NCBI GenBank assembly: GCA_002104905.1
Contig: MCFE01000065.1
Location: 127,031 to 191,030, forward strand
DNA from: Basidiobolus meristosporus CBS 931.73
Lineage: Eukaryota; Fungi; Basidiobolomycota
Direction of reading: 5' to 3'
DNA: 64,000 bases
In this document: positions 27,714-41,083 of the stretch, one piece after another
How positions within the stretch are numbered: position 1 is the stretch's first letter
Layout: each line of letters starts with the position of its first letter
Notes under the pieces: model-generated
What the model saw: only the letters and a program-made list of their open reading frames with translations
Told to the model about the DNA's origin: nothing
The model's database searches: none
Translations under genes and position numbers: made by a program

Positions 27714-28280
27714 TTACGCAGTGTAGGGAGGCAATCTCTCTAGCTGCAACACGTCATGGTAGCATGGTGGTTGCTGATCAATGGACTCCGTGAGCATGTC
27801 TGGGGTGTCGACCTCGATGTGGTGTAACCGACTGGCAGCCATCATGGATCCCTGAAGCATGCTGGCATACGACAAGAAGTCCCTGGCATCCTCACGTTTG
27901 GAAAAGCGGAAGCTGACGGAGACAGGTGTGTTGTGCACGTGGACGGTACCTTTGACCATCTTGTGACTGAAGGCGTCGCCGCCCTTTAAAGAAAGCGTCC
28001 CCAGAGGGAAGAGAACCGTTTCAATTCCTTGGATTCGGTAGTCGGCCAGGTATGTGATGCGTCTGTCGGTGACGGTTAACGAGCCCGACGAGCAGGACCA
28101 GTTGGAAGAATCCAACCGGGAGGTGGGCGAAGAGCTAAGGCTGTGTCTTAGGACATCCGGAAGGCCCTTGAGTTGAAGCTTCACGCCTCTTCTGCGAAAA
28201 TAATGTCCCTCGTTAGGGATGGGCACTAGGCTCTTATCGCACCTTTCGGAGATACGGTAATTAATGGTGTTGACTTCCAT
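27714..28280 (-). CDS. WBP2-like GRAM/PH-domain protein with C-terminal PPxY motifs
   Basis: MEVN..LVPIPNE..F....SGSLTVTDRRITYLAD...F.F...DARDF pattern; ends with PPCY and LPPY. Confidence 0.65.
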   Translation of the reverse strand: MEVNTINYRISERCDKSLVPIPNEGHYFRRRGVKLQLKGLPDVLRHSLSSSPTSRLDSSNWSCSSGSLTVTDRRITYLADYRIQGIETVLFPLGTLSLKGGDAFSHKMVKGTVHVHNTPVSVSFRFSKREDARDFLSYASMLQGSMMAASRLHHIEVDTPDMLTESIDQQPPCYHDVLQLERLPPYTA

Positions 28281-31200
28281 AGGGTAGCGAGGGAGAGATG
28301 GGTAGCGGGTTTGTGATGGAGTCTGTCTACAGGAGCGAGGGAAAGCAATCGAGGTGCTTTGGAAATAGAAGGCAAACAAGAGCAGTGGATCGAATACAGG
28401 TCCAGAAGGGCTGGTTTTATGTGTGGCGGAGGAGGGGAGGGGATCAGGAACTAGAGGTAATTGTACCCGATCGGAATCAGACAAAACCGGGAGATTGAGT
28501 GTGACTAGGATCTGATTCAATTATATTGGGACTTTCCTTTCCAAACCCAACCTCCGTACGGATTTCATGGGGATTACGGATCAACGTTGCCCATATTCCT
28601 CTATCCGCTATGGAAAATCCGCATACATATCGCAGACGTCATTTATCAGAGCCGAGCCTATTGCGCATGATTTCCTGAGCTACACTAACCTCGATGGCCA
28701 TTGGGGCTGTCGTCCAGTCATGATGATGATGATGATGACAACAATCTGATCATTTTTCGAATCCCATCCGCATGCCAGCAAGCAGAATAGGAGGTTTTCA
28801 AGCGAGTGCAATTGATAGGAGCCATCGCCAACGCTCCATTAGTCATGGTTGGGATTCAAGGATTTCTAATTCTTGCCAAATGGGGAACATCGATTCCAAC
28901 CGAAGAAGACTGCCGCTTCATAATACGAGTTTGGCAGTGCCCAAGTAAATCGAATCTCACAAATTGGCGTTAGATTGAAAAATCTGCGATGGGCCGCCGA
29001 CAGCCCGCCTGGTAGATGATTAGATCATGAACGCTCCATATCATCTGCATTAGTAAGAATTACATTTCATGGGCGTCTTGGTGAAAATCAGGAGCTTAGG
29101 GATGGGTATGCAAAACATATAACTGCAGCCTGCGGATGCCTTGCTCATACCTAGCTGGTTGTGGAATTTGCTACATGCACCTCGGCAGCACAATCCTTGG
29201 CATAGGGTATGTCGGTGCCCATCTTAGCCTAATGCGTAACCCGGACTCTGTCCTGGCAACATTCTTAATTGATGGGAGCAGGTTTGCTGAACTAGCAACC
29301 ATCCTGGGCTAAGCCTGGATGATATTAAATGCCCTAGTGCTCTGTTCTACGCTGCCAAGCGGTGTAACCATCATTTTGAGATGAATTTCGAATGCCGCAA
29401 CCCGTTTCTCCCCAAAAGAGACACCTGTCTTGAAACCACTACATGCACCTGTTAATTTGAATTAAGCTTTGAATTGACCAGATCCCACTCGACTGTGCCA
29501 TTTAATTGTTGAAAGGAGATGCGATATTGAACTAGTCCAGACTGTTTCACAACCAGAGCTTTGAAGAGCGTCACATGCGAGACGGTTAGAGTTCAATGAT
29601 CAATGGCACTGCACAATCAACCCTTTCACCACTGGATGCAACCCAGCTTATAAGGATTGCAGCAATGGCGGTTGGGATGCAAGGAGTATTCCAGGATCAT
29701 CAGAGCCCAGTCAGAATCGCTCGCACCCAGTGGGATAAATGAAATAGCCTCCAACACGATAGGGGCTCAATTTCGGGCTGCCCACTGGTTGCGATCTCAA
29801 ACAATTGATACAAAGTTTCATCCGAGTAATCCTACATGAGGCTTCCTAGACTTTGGCTTAACCTTACTGCTAGATCGACAAGGGGATTGGCTGCCTCTTG
29901 GAAACAGTAAGCTGGGAAGTGCTAGCTTTAATTCCCTTAACCTTAACGCTGACAAGCCTAAATGGTTGGCCCCTTGAGCATCTAATTGCTTTGGATGGCC
30001 ATGTCCTGCCTCTGCAATGCATGCATCGAATACAAGAATCCCCTCATGTACACTCATCTTGAGATAAGGTTTAGGCAAGGCAACGCAGACCAAGTTCCAC
30101 CCGTTTTGCTTGCATGACAACTGGACCTCGACTTCAGCTGGCTCCGATCTCCATGGTCCCCGCCCCACCACGATGCCGTACGCTGACTAGGAAAAGGCAG
30201 GCGGATGTTTACATTGGCACCTTGCATTGCTTTAGCAATCCCACCAATACCATCTGTGTGACATGAAGAAATGTTTTTAAACAGGTCCACATCCCGAGAT
30301 TACAGCAATCTGCATGTTTGAATATTCGGCAGAAGTAAATATAGCATTGGTTGGTGTGCTGCTTCACAAACCATGATTCATTACACCCTCCAAGCAGTGA
30401 CCCAAATGGAATGTAGCACGATGTGGCCGGAATTTAGTCATCTACAGGTTTTAGTTGAATTAGCTATATTGTCGACGGGTCGCGATGTTTCAATATACTC
30501 TTTTGGTACGATGTTTCATTGCATTTCTTCAGTGCCATCCCCCATAGGTTGTTGAACAATCTGATCTCACAAATCCATATTGCTACCTTGAATAGCTGAT
30601 GAAACAGATAATAACGTAAGTAGCCAGGTCTTGATATAATGATTCATCAGGATTGACTGAAAAATACTGTAAAATAACACGGGTAAATGAGGGAATTATC
30701 CAAGCCCAATTAGCAAACTCCCAACATGCTGGACTGTTATGACTTGAACCACAGTATAGTCCGGACAGTGTTTAATTAAGTTACTGAGGAAAAGCTAATG
30801 GAAGTGGAAGTATCAAGCACACTGCCTGCGTTACATTCTCATGAGCTGCTTTAGCTGGAAGTGGGCGAGCTTAGGTAGGTTAGATGTTATAGAGCTGAGC
30901 TGGGTAAGTAAGTTCTGGAGGGGGTAGCAGCGGTGGTAATGGTAGAATTGGTATCCCTGCGCCCTGGTGCCTTCTCAGCAAGCTCCCTCTGCGGCCTTGT
31001 TTGGTGCCAAAGATTGATACGCAAGGATCACCCAGGATATATAATACGCACACTCAAGCTCACCATGTCCGTGTCTTCCACAGAAGATTGGCCAAAACTA
31101 ACGATATGATGGCTATCGGTTTAGGAATAGAATATTCCAAATGGTTTAGATATCAAGGGCAGATCGGACTGTTGTCGAATACTTCAATACAGAGTAGATC

Positions 31201-31762
31201 ATTTGTGTCTTACTTGATCCAGAATATTCTTTGAGGGATCTTCTGCCATATAGATGAGGTTAAACGTTTCGGTTCATATGTCAATTCGATCCGCGGTTTA
31301 TTTTGATTCAACAATTCTTGCAGGGGACTGAGGATAGCAAATATATAGTAGGAACGTTTACCAAAACGAAGAATTATGTACATCAAAATGGTGCCGAGCG
31401 CTGGATAAAAATCAATGGATTCAGTTGTGTGTCATAAAGATTCTTGTCTCCCCCTACAAGACGAGCGAGCATGGAACGAAAATAAGTGGTTCGATTAGTG
31501 CAAATACTGCTGCCATGATCATGGTTGAGGTTCAAATAAGTAGGTTTCATAGAATGCACCCAATATACGATTCTATAGAGGTAATGGTTCGGGTCCATCT
31601 TCTATTTCCTTCCCCCAAAAAAAGGGCTCATGTTTTCTGAAGTTGATGAGAATCAGGAGTGACCGTGGTGCTGATTGGTTGAAACCAGGGTCAATTAAGT
31701 GCTAGATTCAAAGAATGAGTAAAAAGCCAATGTATCATTGAAATACACCAACATACACTCGT

Positions 31763-34465
31763 TCAAGTATGATTGTTTTGATTTTCGGATTCACTAAGGG
31801 GCTGATTGGGCTTCGTTGAAGAAAGACTGTCACACTTTGATGGTGCGCCATCTGTTATATGCTCTTCTTGTAATGTCGTATCTGCGATGCGGTCTGCAGA
31901 CAAGCCAGTCCCACTGTCGGCCAACTTAGTAGCGAGCTGGGTGGGACTCTCGTGAATCTCATCGGGCCTCGCTTGATGCGCCATAGTTTCCTTGTTCATG
32001 GGAGATTCGGCCGCTGGCTCATTGCGAACTTCAGATTTCTCATGAGTATCTGACAACGATTGTTCATTTATAGCGGAACTGCTGTGGTCGCTTGATATAT
32101 TGGGGGGAAGCATCGGACGATCTAGGGTACTACCATTTTGTATAGGTGAAATGGGATTGTCAAGGGTGGCATTGCTGGGCTCGCCCATTGTAGCAGATTC
32201 AGTTGCAGCCATCTCGAATAAACCATGGATACTGGGGAGAATTACGGAAGCAGAATCGCTACCAGCCAAACCCATGTTGGGGTGGGCGGCGGGTGGAGAG
32301 GTATTAGAAGGGCCGTAGCTTGGAATACGAGTATTCGGCAGCTGCGAGGCTGGCGGCAAGAAAATCTGCGAGTTGTCGGGAGTATGAACAATATTTGGGT
32401 TGGGATTGTGAAGCTGTTGCTCGTATCCACGGACCGGACTGACTTCAGCCGATTTAGGAGTCGGTGGATGAGAAAAGCTCACAAAATCACGGTGTGGCTG
32501 CTGGGTTGGAGTTATGTCAGATTGCGAATGGGGTGAAGAGTTGGGTTTTCCCGTAAACTGAGGTTGGCTCAATGAACGTGCATAACCGTTGGCGGGGGAT
32601 CCCAAGGGCCAATAATGGATTGTCCGGTTGGGTTCGTACTTGGAATGTCCCGATTTACGCTGTCTTTTTGGTTTGGGCGTCCCCACGTCTGATTTCCGCT
32701 TGAAATTGGTGTCATATTCCTCATTGGGAACATCTTTCGCTCGCGTGCCTGCATTTATCCACGCACCTATGTTGAAAGAGCCAGCTTGAGAGTCGCTCTC
32801 GAACTTCTCTGTTAAGGTTTGGTCTATTAGCTGGTGAAGACGGGCGTTAGTGTGAAAAAATATTCTGCCTCGATTGGTGTCAGACATACCTTTTCTAGAG
32901 CGGCAAGCTTTCTTTCCCGAATACCCGTGGTGGTGTTCTTGTAGTTTAGCTCTATCTGGTGTTGGAGATGGGATATCTTATGGGTTAAAAGTGACTTTAA
33001 ATGATGTTTTTTCAGTGCCAACGAATGAAACTCCTGTTCGACGGTCTTCTTTAACTTTAAACCAGAAGCTCGTGAGTGATACTGGAGAACGTGCGTAGTA
33101 GGCCATAAAAGCAAACCTGGATAGCACTGGTTTTCCAAAAACGCATCAAAAAGCTATCGTACTCAGAGTCGGTAAACAGCTTTCTCCCAGCCATCGCACC
33201 ACAGTCTAGGCGCTGAGCTTCAAACAGCACATGCGACTCCACAAGAATGGCCTGCATCATATACATGTACGTGTCAATTGTAAGAACGCCTGGAATTTTA
33301 AACGACATCTGTTTCCAAACCTTTAATGTCCCGGCGATTTGGCGTATCGACTCGGGGCTTGTGTAAGGCTGTTGGTTGACTCCAAAAATCACAGGCACTG
33401 CGCTGTATAAGGTTGCGTCACTCATAATATGATCAGCGTCGGGCTCTGGATGTAAAGACGTGGGTGTAGCGTCAAGCCTGAAAAGACTTAGTTCATATGG
33501 TATCTCCGAATTGACTGCGTCTATTGGCTTTGGAAATTTGGAGCCAGAAATCAAGACACCCACCCCGTGTGGAACCTACACCAAACGATACTTTAGTAAA
33601 CCACACGCCAGCACGATACTCTTGGCTGTTTAACTACCGCTATTTGTAAACGATGTTGGTGGAGGATATCGGATTGCGTTGGCTTCAGGCTCTTGTGGGA
33701 TCCATCACTGAAATACCAATGAGTTGGGCATTTTGAGAGGATGGAAGAGAGGAATCTATTGCTACGAAAATAAAAATACCTTCGATACCACCCCAGGAGT
33801 TCAACACCCATACTTGCAAAAGCCTCTACGGCAAGTTTCAAGGCAATCGTAGACTCTTCGCCTTTTCCAGCTAGCATAGACTCTACGGAACTAAGGCAGA
33901 CCCATTAGCTATAAATACAAAACACCTACAACTGGGGAATTTACCGTATTGAGGGAATAAAATGGCTGATGTGGCAGATCACCTCACCAGAGTGGCGTGA
34001 GGTTGAAACGCGTTTTCCGCCAAGATAACCATAGTTGTTGAATTTATCGTCAGTGTATGCATGATCTAACAACGCGACAACTACTGACTGGTCCAGCACA
34101 ACTCGGGAGTTGCTAAATTGAAGGGCTATTCAGTACTTTGGTTGATCGGGGGTGATGAAAGATTCGTAGAAATTATGAAAAACAAACACCAACATTTTCG
34201 GTCTCTCTGGATCAGATCTAGGGCCCATCGAGAGATTTTCTGAATTCAAAGATGACATAGAACTTGTAGGGTGAAGGGAGATATTCTGATCGTGGCTTTG
34301 GCCTTCAATAGTCGAGGGGTACTGTGAGTCATTGGACTCGTCAGGCGCCGCCTGCTTCATTTGTGAGCCAACCACATCGTATGAGAGCGTTTCTGGTGAA
34401 GACTGGCAGGATAGATTAGGTGAATCATCCTCGATCGCTCTCTCCTGGTTACAAATCTCTGTCAT
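31763..34465 (-). CDS. Hypothetical multi-exon protein (coiled-coil plus Pro/Ser-rich disordered C-terminus)
   Basis: Chain of same-strand ORFs (34130-34465, 33593-33877, 33057-33563, 32827-33138, 31763-32887) separated by intron-sized gaps; no domain recognised. Confidence 0.4.
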
Positions 34466-35393
34466 GTAAGATTGTTCACAAATACGATTGAGTCTTCAAG
34501 AGTCAGATGCAATATTTTATGTAAGTAGGTCGCGATATTAGAGCTATAGGTTAAAGAGAGAAAATAGAATATGTTTTACTGAGTCGTTGTGATAATATAT
34601 TATATGCTGGATCACAATTGGATTTATTAATTCTAGACAGATTCCATCCCTTCAAATAGTGTACAGATCATTACCTAAATTTGATGAGCTCCCAAACATC
34701 TTCACACAACATTGACTTCGTCTGTGGCAATTCGCTTTCCTCACAAGAACAAAGTTGCAAGACGATTGGGACAGCTACTGAGGTAGAATGATATAAAATG
34801 GTTGGTGGGCTCCCCCTCAGGAGAAATTGGCTGCTTTCGATATTTTTCCATGGTAAAGGATACGATGATTGAAGTGAAATTGCAAGCGATATCTCTGAAA
34901 CCCATTTTTTCGGCTCAAGTCGGGATCATATCACATGGTCTTGGTTATATCATCAACACTACCTTCGATCGGCTGGAGGACACAATACCGTGGATGTAGT
35001 CAGAATCGACCGCGAAAAGCAAGGTGCTTTGTTCTGGTCAGGCTGAAAGGCCATGACCCCCAACTGAACCAATTCAAAACATCAGCTTGATGCGAGCACA
35101 AACTCTAGATCAACGCTGTCTTGGGCCAGACATCTGCGCGTAGCTTTGTCTCCAGAATACGGCTGCACACAAACGCTGATATATATAGCCCTAGAAGTCT
35201 GCACATAGCTAATCCATGAACCAGAGCTTCAATTCATAACCCACCAGATATCACATGACCACCGTTCGTTTGGCTCCCACTTCGACGCCGTGTCGGATAT
35301 GCTTGGTCAAACGAGACGTTCTTCGTTGTCCATAGTGTTTAAGAAAATGCATTTATTTTTGGGGGAAAAATAACCGTTCATTCTCCTAGTGTT

Positions 35394-35884
35394 TTAATTA
35401 CTCTTCTTGAGAACAGCAAGTTGCTTGCCAACAATGTTACGGCGTTGCTTTCTCAACTTCATAAGCTTGAAACGGTCGAAGTCGGTCAAAGCGGCACGCT
35501 TTTCACGGGCATCAAGTTTCTTGGCCCAGGTGGTCTTCTCCCAGAGAGCAACGATCTCCTGCTTCTCAAGAGCCTTCTTAACAGCACCGGAACCGGCGCC
35601 ACGGGGAAGACCCTTAACAACCAAAGGAGTAAGAGTGAGACGGCGGTAGGCGTGAGCGTGACGGGCAACTCCAGTGGTGGGACCATCAACAATAGCACGG
35701 TTGTGGTCAAGGATTTCGACGATTACGGCAAGCTTGCCGGCATCAACACCGGAGTTGAGTAAGACAACTCTGCCGACCTCGACAATACGTTTGAAGGAAT
35801 CTTGCTAAATAAAGATGTAGACGTTAGTTTAATCAGGATACTGATGGATGCGTACGACACGAAAATGAGATTACATACAGTCAT
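35394..35884 (-). CDS. RPL14: 60S ribosomal protein eL14, 2 exons
   Basis: ATG ACT|GTATGT intron 35878-35805; [18 protein letters not shown]...[20 protein letters not shown]...[21 protein letters not shown]. Confidence 0.95.
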
Positions 35885-36163
35885 GATTAATATGCACTCT
35901 CAAACGACTTTAGGAAAGACCGAGTGGATGGGCTGAAAGAAAGAGGACGCTAACCACAACATGCTTCAATTTTTGTCTCCACACTGAATGCCCGCTTGGC
36001 TCAACATACAAAATTCCACGTTGATTGGCTGGATCGTCAGCTCCGAGTAAATACACCGATCAACAAAATGAAATAGACGTTTTTTTTCTGGCGTATCGCG
36101 CGTGTTGTTTACAACACCAGCTTTGGGCCTAAGCCAGGCCAATGAACATGCACTTACCAGCCT

Positions 36164-36288
36164 CAGGGTTAGGGCTCGCCCATATGCCGCGCTGATCATT
36201 GAACCTGGGATTTCAACCTATCAAACTTGACTGCCATTGAAATCGCCACATCCGTAAATACAGATGATGGCGCTTAGGGTTAGGGTTT
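36164..36288. promoter_or_regulatory. Interstitial TTAGGG (telo-box-like) sites upstream of RPL14
   Basis: CAGGGTTAGGG at 36164-36174 and TTAGGGTTAGGGTTT at 36274-36288, about 280-400 bp upstream of the RPL14 ATG. Confidence 0.5.
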
Positions 36289-37503
36289 GCCAGGTCGGCA
36301 AGACTAGTAGTGAGTGCTGTAAAGACCTGACGGACAGTGTCAAGTAACATCAGTATCACCGTAATTAAAGCAGAAAATAATTACATGTTCGGATTACTCT
36401 ACAGGTGTTCTATTTAATCTTGTCAGCCAAGTATTACTAAGGGTTAATCGAAAATGCTCAGTAGAAGCATGCATACAAAATAGGGGAGCTCCATTGCCGT
36501 TGACCGGTTCATGGACTCAGGAATCCACAATCCGTACTAGCTTAGCAATGCTAAGGCCGCTTGATTGAACTGAATGTCAATACATGGGGGCCGCGGATTG
36601 TTTCTATGCGGGGATTACCAGTATGCATCCTCCCTATCGCCAACCAAGCCTACACTTGTGTCGTATGATGACAATTATGAAGTCGATTTCTCGCTGGATT
36701 TGCATCGTTTCCCAAGTGTAGTGGGTATACAGGATCTAAGGAACATCAATAAGTAGCTCATTAATTAGGTGCAAAGATTGCATAATTTATTTTGTACCTC
36801 GTTTGTGCATTAGAATGAGATGGGATTCCTTTTGTATGACCTGAGCTCAGCCATCCTTCAAATGTACGTCAGGGATCGAGAATGGGAACAAAGGTGCCGG
36901 CAGCAGCCCGGTATTCTTTAGACGTAAGCCTAGGAGATCTCAACCTTCTAAGAAAGACATTACTAAAGTGGAATCATATGATACGCGAATACCCATTTTT
37001 CTAGGGAAATCGTGTGACAAATAGGTTTTGGTATCGAGAAGAATTGAACAACTCAATTTGTTTCCGCACTGAGCGCCTTGGAATATTGATCTCTATTAAG
37101 GTGGTACCAGCTGTTCATTAATTATGCACCTGAACCAAATGGAGTAATCTCTTATATTGCTCAGGTCCAATGATTTGCTAGCAGTATCTGAGAACTACCA
37201 AAATAAGCTTGATTTTAAAATAGGTACGTACCCTAAGGAATATGCATATCCTTCAGACCTCTCTCATTGGCTCAGCTCCTATCACCCTCCCAAGATCTCC
37301 TTTTGCTATTGCTTATCATGAACAAACCGCTCGACTCTTGATGCATTTTTTCTCTATTACCTGAACCTATTCCCTTTCTTCTTTCCGTGAAGCGTTTAGT
37401 ACGTATACTTAAAGCCTTCGAATATTTAATTTCCTTCCTTTGGTGCTCATAAGCAGCCAACTGGTCCCATAGATATCTTGTATCGATCACTTGCAATTTT
37501 CCA

Positions 37504-38662
37504 ATGCGTTTTCCACTGTTTGGAAAATTCCTATTTCTTTGTCTTTTAATTTGTGTGCAAGGTGAGGAAACTCGACACTCATAATATCCAAACCTTTTGA
37601 CCAACCACGCCCTCGATATGTAGTTTCTGCTGTTCCAAATAACGCCACCACTTCCACCACATGTCCGCAAGGAACGCTTGATTGTGGGTTTTTCAAATGC
37701 GTTAAAGAACCAACTTGTCCCCTGGGTAATATGATAGCGTGCAATTATTTTTGTTATCTGGGATGGTTACTAATTTGTTATGTAAAGACTGCTACTTATA
37801 CACCAACGAACAGAGTTGTGGTCAAGTCCGCGTGAATGGGGTGGGCTGTATTTGGAAGCAGACAGCCTGCTATAGAGGTAGGCCTGGGTTATGACGAGTC
37901 AACGGAATACAAGTACTAATACAACACTCTACAGACATCAAGTGTAAACTACTTCCTGACAACAAATGCTCTCAGGACTGTATGGATTGTGGGCATTTTA
38001 AATGTTTCCCCAATGGTAGTGGGCAGTGCCCGGCAGGTACATCCCCATGGTTATATTCTTTACCTCATTAGAGTTTAACCCCATGACAATCATCCTAGGC
38101 TGTGACAGTTACCCTGACCAGAAGAGTTGTCAAGCTGCGACAGTCTTCAATGGTGTAGGGTGCCAGTGGGCCAATTCCACCTGCGGCTATCGTAAGTCCC
38201 GTTAACAATGAGAATTCAGCTTATGGATGGCTGTCTGACAATTTTTGTATTACAGGCGAGTTTGAAATCAGAATGGCAAAGCCATCTGCTGGTGACAACC
38301 ATATTGGATTCATGCCTTCTGGTAATGTTGACACCGAACAAACCCCCAACCCCAACCCAATAGTTGCCAATCCCACCGCCGGAGAGACGCCTACCATGAT
38401 GGATGTCAAGACTGCCAGTTTGGCTGGCCCTATTGCTGGAGTTGTTGTTGGAGTCATTGCCGCCGGCTGCATGGCCTTCGTACTAATTCATAAGCGTGTC
38501 GAAGCGAAGCGACAGATGAAGCAACAGATGGCGGTCCATAACGACATCGAGATGTCAGGCAACGAGGTGCCTAAAACTCTCTACAGGCCACAGTCTCTTT
38601 TAAATGTTGTTCGTAATGTTCTTGGATTTAATTCCGAAGGCCAAAATAACGCCTCCCGGTAG
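37504..38662 (+). CDS. Type I membrane protein with two Cys-rich extracellular repeats, 6 exons
   Basis: Signal peptide MRFPLFGKFLFLCLLICVQVSA; five GT-AG introns (37562-37623, 37726-37787, 37878-37934, 38037-38098, 38192-38255) splice in frame; two repeats DCGxFKC..CP..C..Y..Q.SC....NGVGC.W....C; Pro/Thr stalk; TM segment IAGVVVGVIAAGCMAFVLI. Confidence 0.8.
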
Positions 38663-41083
38663 TTTGCTTGGTCCCACAGCTACGGACCAACTTGCTGAAC
38701 TATCGAAATCATCAACCTATACCCAACCTCGTGCTCTATACCCTATTTTTGCTCCTCACTCGTTCATTGAGGAGTCGTAAGATTTTTATCTACCGTTCAC
38801 ATTTTTCTGCTAATCTATTCAACCACCAGTTTTGATTCATTCTTCATGCTACTATACGTTGGTAGCCATCGCTATTAAATTCTATACACGGTTGTAGAAA
38901 TCTCAACAGAATATTCATCGATCATCCATTCTTTACATGAGACACCAGTGAAGTCATTTTTCTATCGGCAATCACTCCCACAATCTACCTCCGGAATCAA
39001 CCCAACCCCTAACGACGCCTAAAGTCCGTCACATCCGTTTTGTCTTTTGAAGCAGTCATTCGAAGGAACACGGTAGGAAAAGAACCTTCCCTAATTATCA
39101 ACCGATGTGTTCACCCAAAACACCCGCCCGCTCGTTACGCCTTTATTCTCTTTATCCACTTCTTTCCGTGTTCGTCTCGGGGATCTTTTCTTCCATTTTT
39201 CCCACTTCTTTTGCAACAATTCTTCGGTTTAATTTTGTTTGTCTAACATCTTCTGTGTGCTCTTTCCCTAGTATTTGTCCTGCTATACGCAAATTTTAAC
39301 TCATGGAGGGGATTTGAGCACATCAATATCATGCAGTGGTTCCAAATGTTTCCATTCCACGCTGGAGTAATAAAAACTAAACGCCAAATATCTGTGCGAT
39401 GGTTCGGGAGCGCTCGACACCCTCCAGCTCATCTGGGACTGCTTCATAAACCCAATATGCAATGTACCATTAATATTACCAATAAAGGAGGCGCCAGATC
39501 GGTTTTCGAGGAGCCCTCGAGCTGTCTAACATAATATCTCGCTTATAAAAATTTCCACATGGTGGCAATGTTGGTGCTGTGCCTAGAGTGTCCTCATCTA
39601 AAGCAAGATGTGACTGCTCCTAACCAACAATGGGGTGAAATAGATAGACCGAATGTCACATATCCATATCTTGTTCGTTTTGGCTTTTATTCAGCGATTA
39701 TTACCTAATGCATCTCATCATTATCCGTAATAGGAACAATTGGGCCTAGTGATATGCCTCGCCCTAATCTACACATGAATGGCTCTGATAGCATGCACTC
39801 ATGGGAGACAGCTCCTTTCCACTTCCATAATGTCCACACTTGCTGAAGTGATGCCATGGAATTCGGATTCTCTGAAAGCCTCCTCAGCAGAAACATTAAC
39901 CCAATTAGTCTGGGGTTGGGCAGGTGGTAAGTCCAACAGCCAAGCGATCACGAGGTCTGGCACCCCGAAGTGTTGGCAACACTTTTAATGGGATTCTTGT
40001 CAGACAGGAAAATATCCAGTATCAACGCGCCCTGTATTATGACCATTGAGTCCTTGTAACCAATTCGTGGTTATTTTGAGATCGCTTACACCAGTATCAG
40101 TCAACCTGAAATAAGCGTAAGCCTGTCATACGGCGAGGGGACATTAGGCTTACCTAGGGCGTATCCAAGTGTGTTCAATCGAGCTCGGTGAAAATGGTAT
40201 TCAATTAACGTGGACATATGGTTATTGGGGAGTACCTCAAGAACTGCACCTGAATAGAACCAGCGAATGCGTCTTTGTGGAAACCCATCTCTCATCTGAG
40301 GTGAGCTTCCCAACCGAATGGCTTCAGTTTTCCAGATCATCCTCGCTAGTGTACAGACAATGCCAGTCACAAGTAATCTATAAAGCAGCTATAATAGATT
40401 CTGGCCAACTCATCTGTATATGTAGATTGCAGACCGAGTCGTAATCTTTTTGGGCAGCCAATCGCTGTGCAAGTAAGAGGGTTACATTCAAATTTTCCTA
40501 TCAATGGATGCTCCTGATGGCACTGACTTCCTTTCGAAGAGAAAACCAATGCTGACCCCAAGGGGGTTCTCGAATATCACCCTGAACCCCCTGAACATTC
40601 AACTCCAAGAGAAATTGTAAAGAGGCGACCGCAGCGTCTGAATAACCCCTCCTTGAGCGTGCTCACCCTCGGCGGACTTCAGGTCGCTCGAGAGAGGTAT
40701 CACTGATACCGTGGCTATAGCACGAGTTAGCGATATTCAATAGATGACTGATCGTGTTTTGCTGAAAATAATACCAAGCCAAATGGTCATCCAAACTTAT
40801 GCTCGATGGTCGGCATATCTACTATTTGACAGTTATTGGGAAGGCTTCGCCCAGATGGTGCCTGATGCTGTATAGCATATGAGAAACTTTAATAAAAAAA
40901 TAACAATACTCTAAATCAAGGTAATTCCACAGGGTGCAATAACATAAATTAAATATGAAGCGAAAAGGATCAATCATGTTCTAGACCAGGGAAATTTAAG
41001 TGCCTGTGTGTGTAGCAGGTATAGCCACACACTTGAATATATCAAGTGATATAAGGGCTTTTGGCACATTATAACTGTTGAGA

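Noticed and set aside
28900-31700. About 3 kb gene-poor stretch with short ORFs
   Set aside because: No repeats, motifs or coherent reading frame detected by eye.
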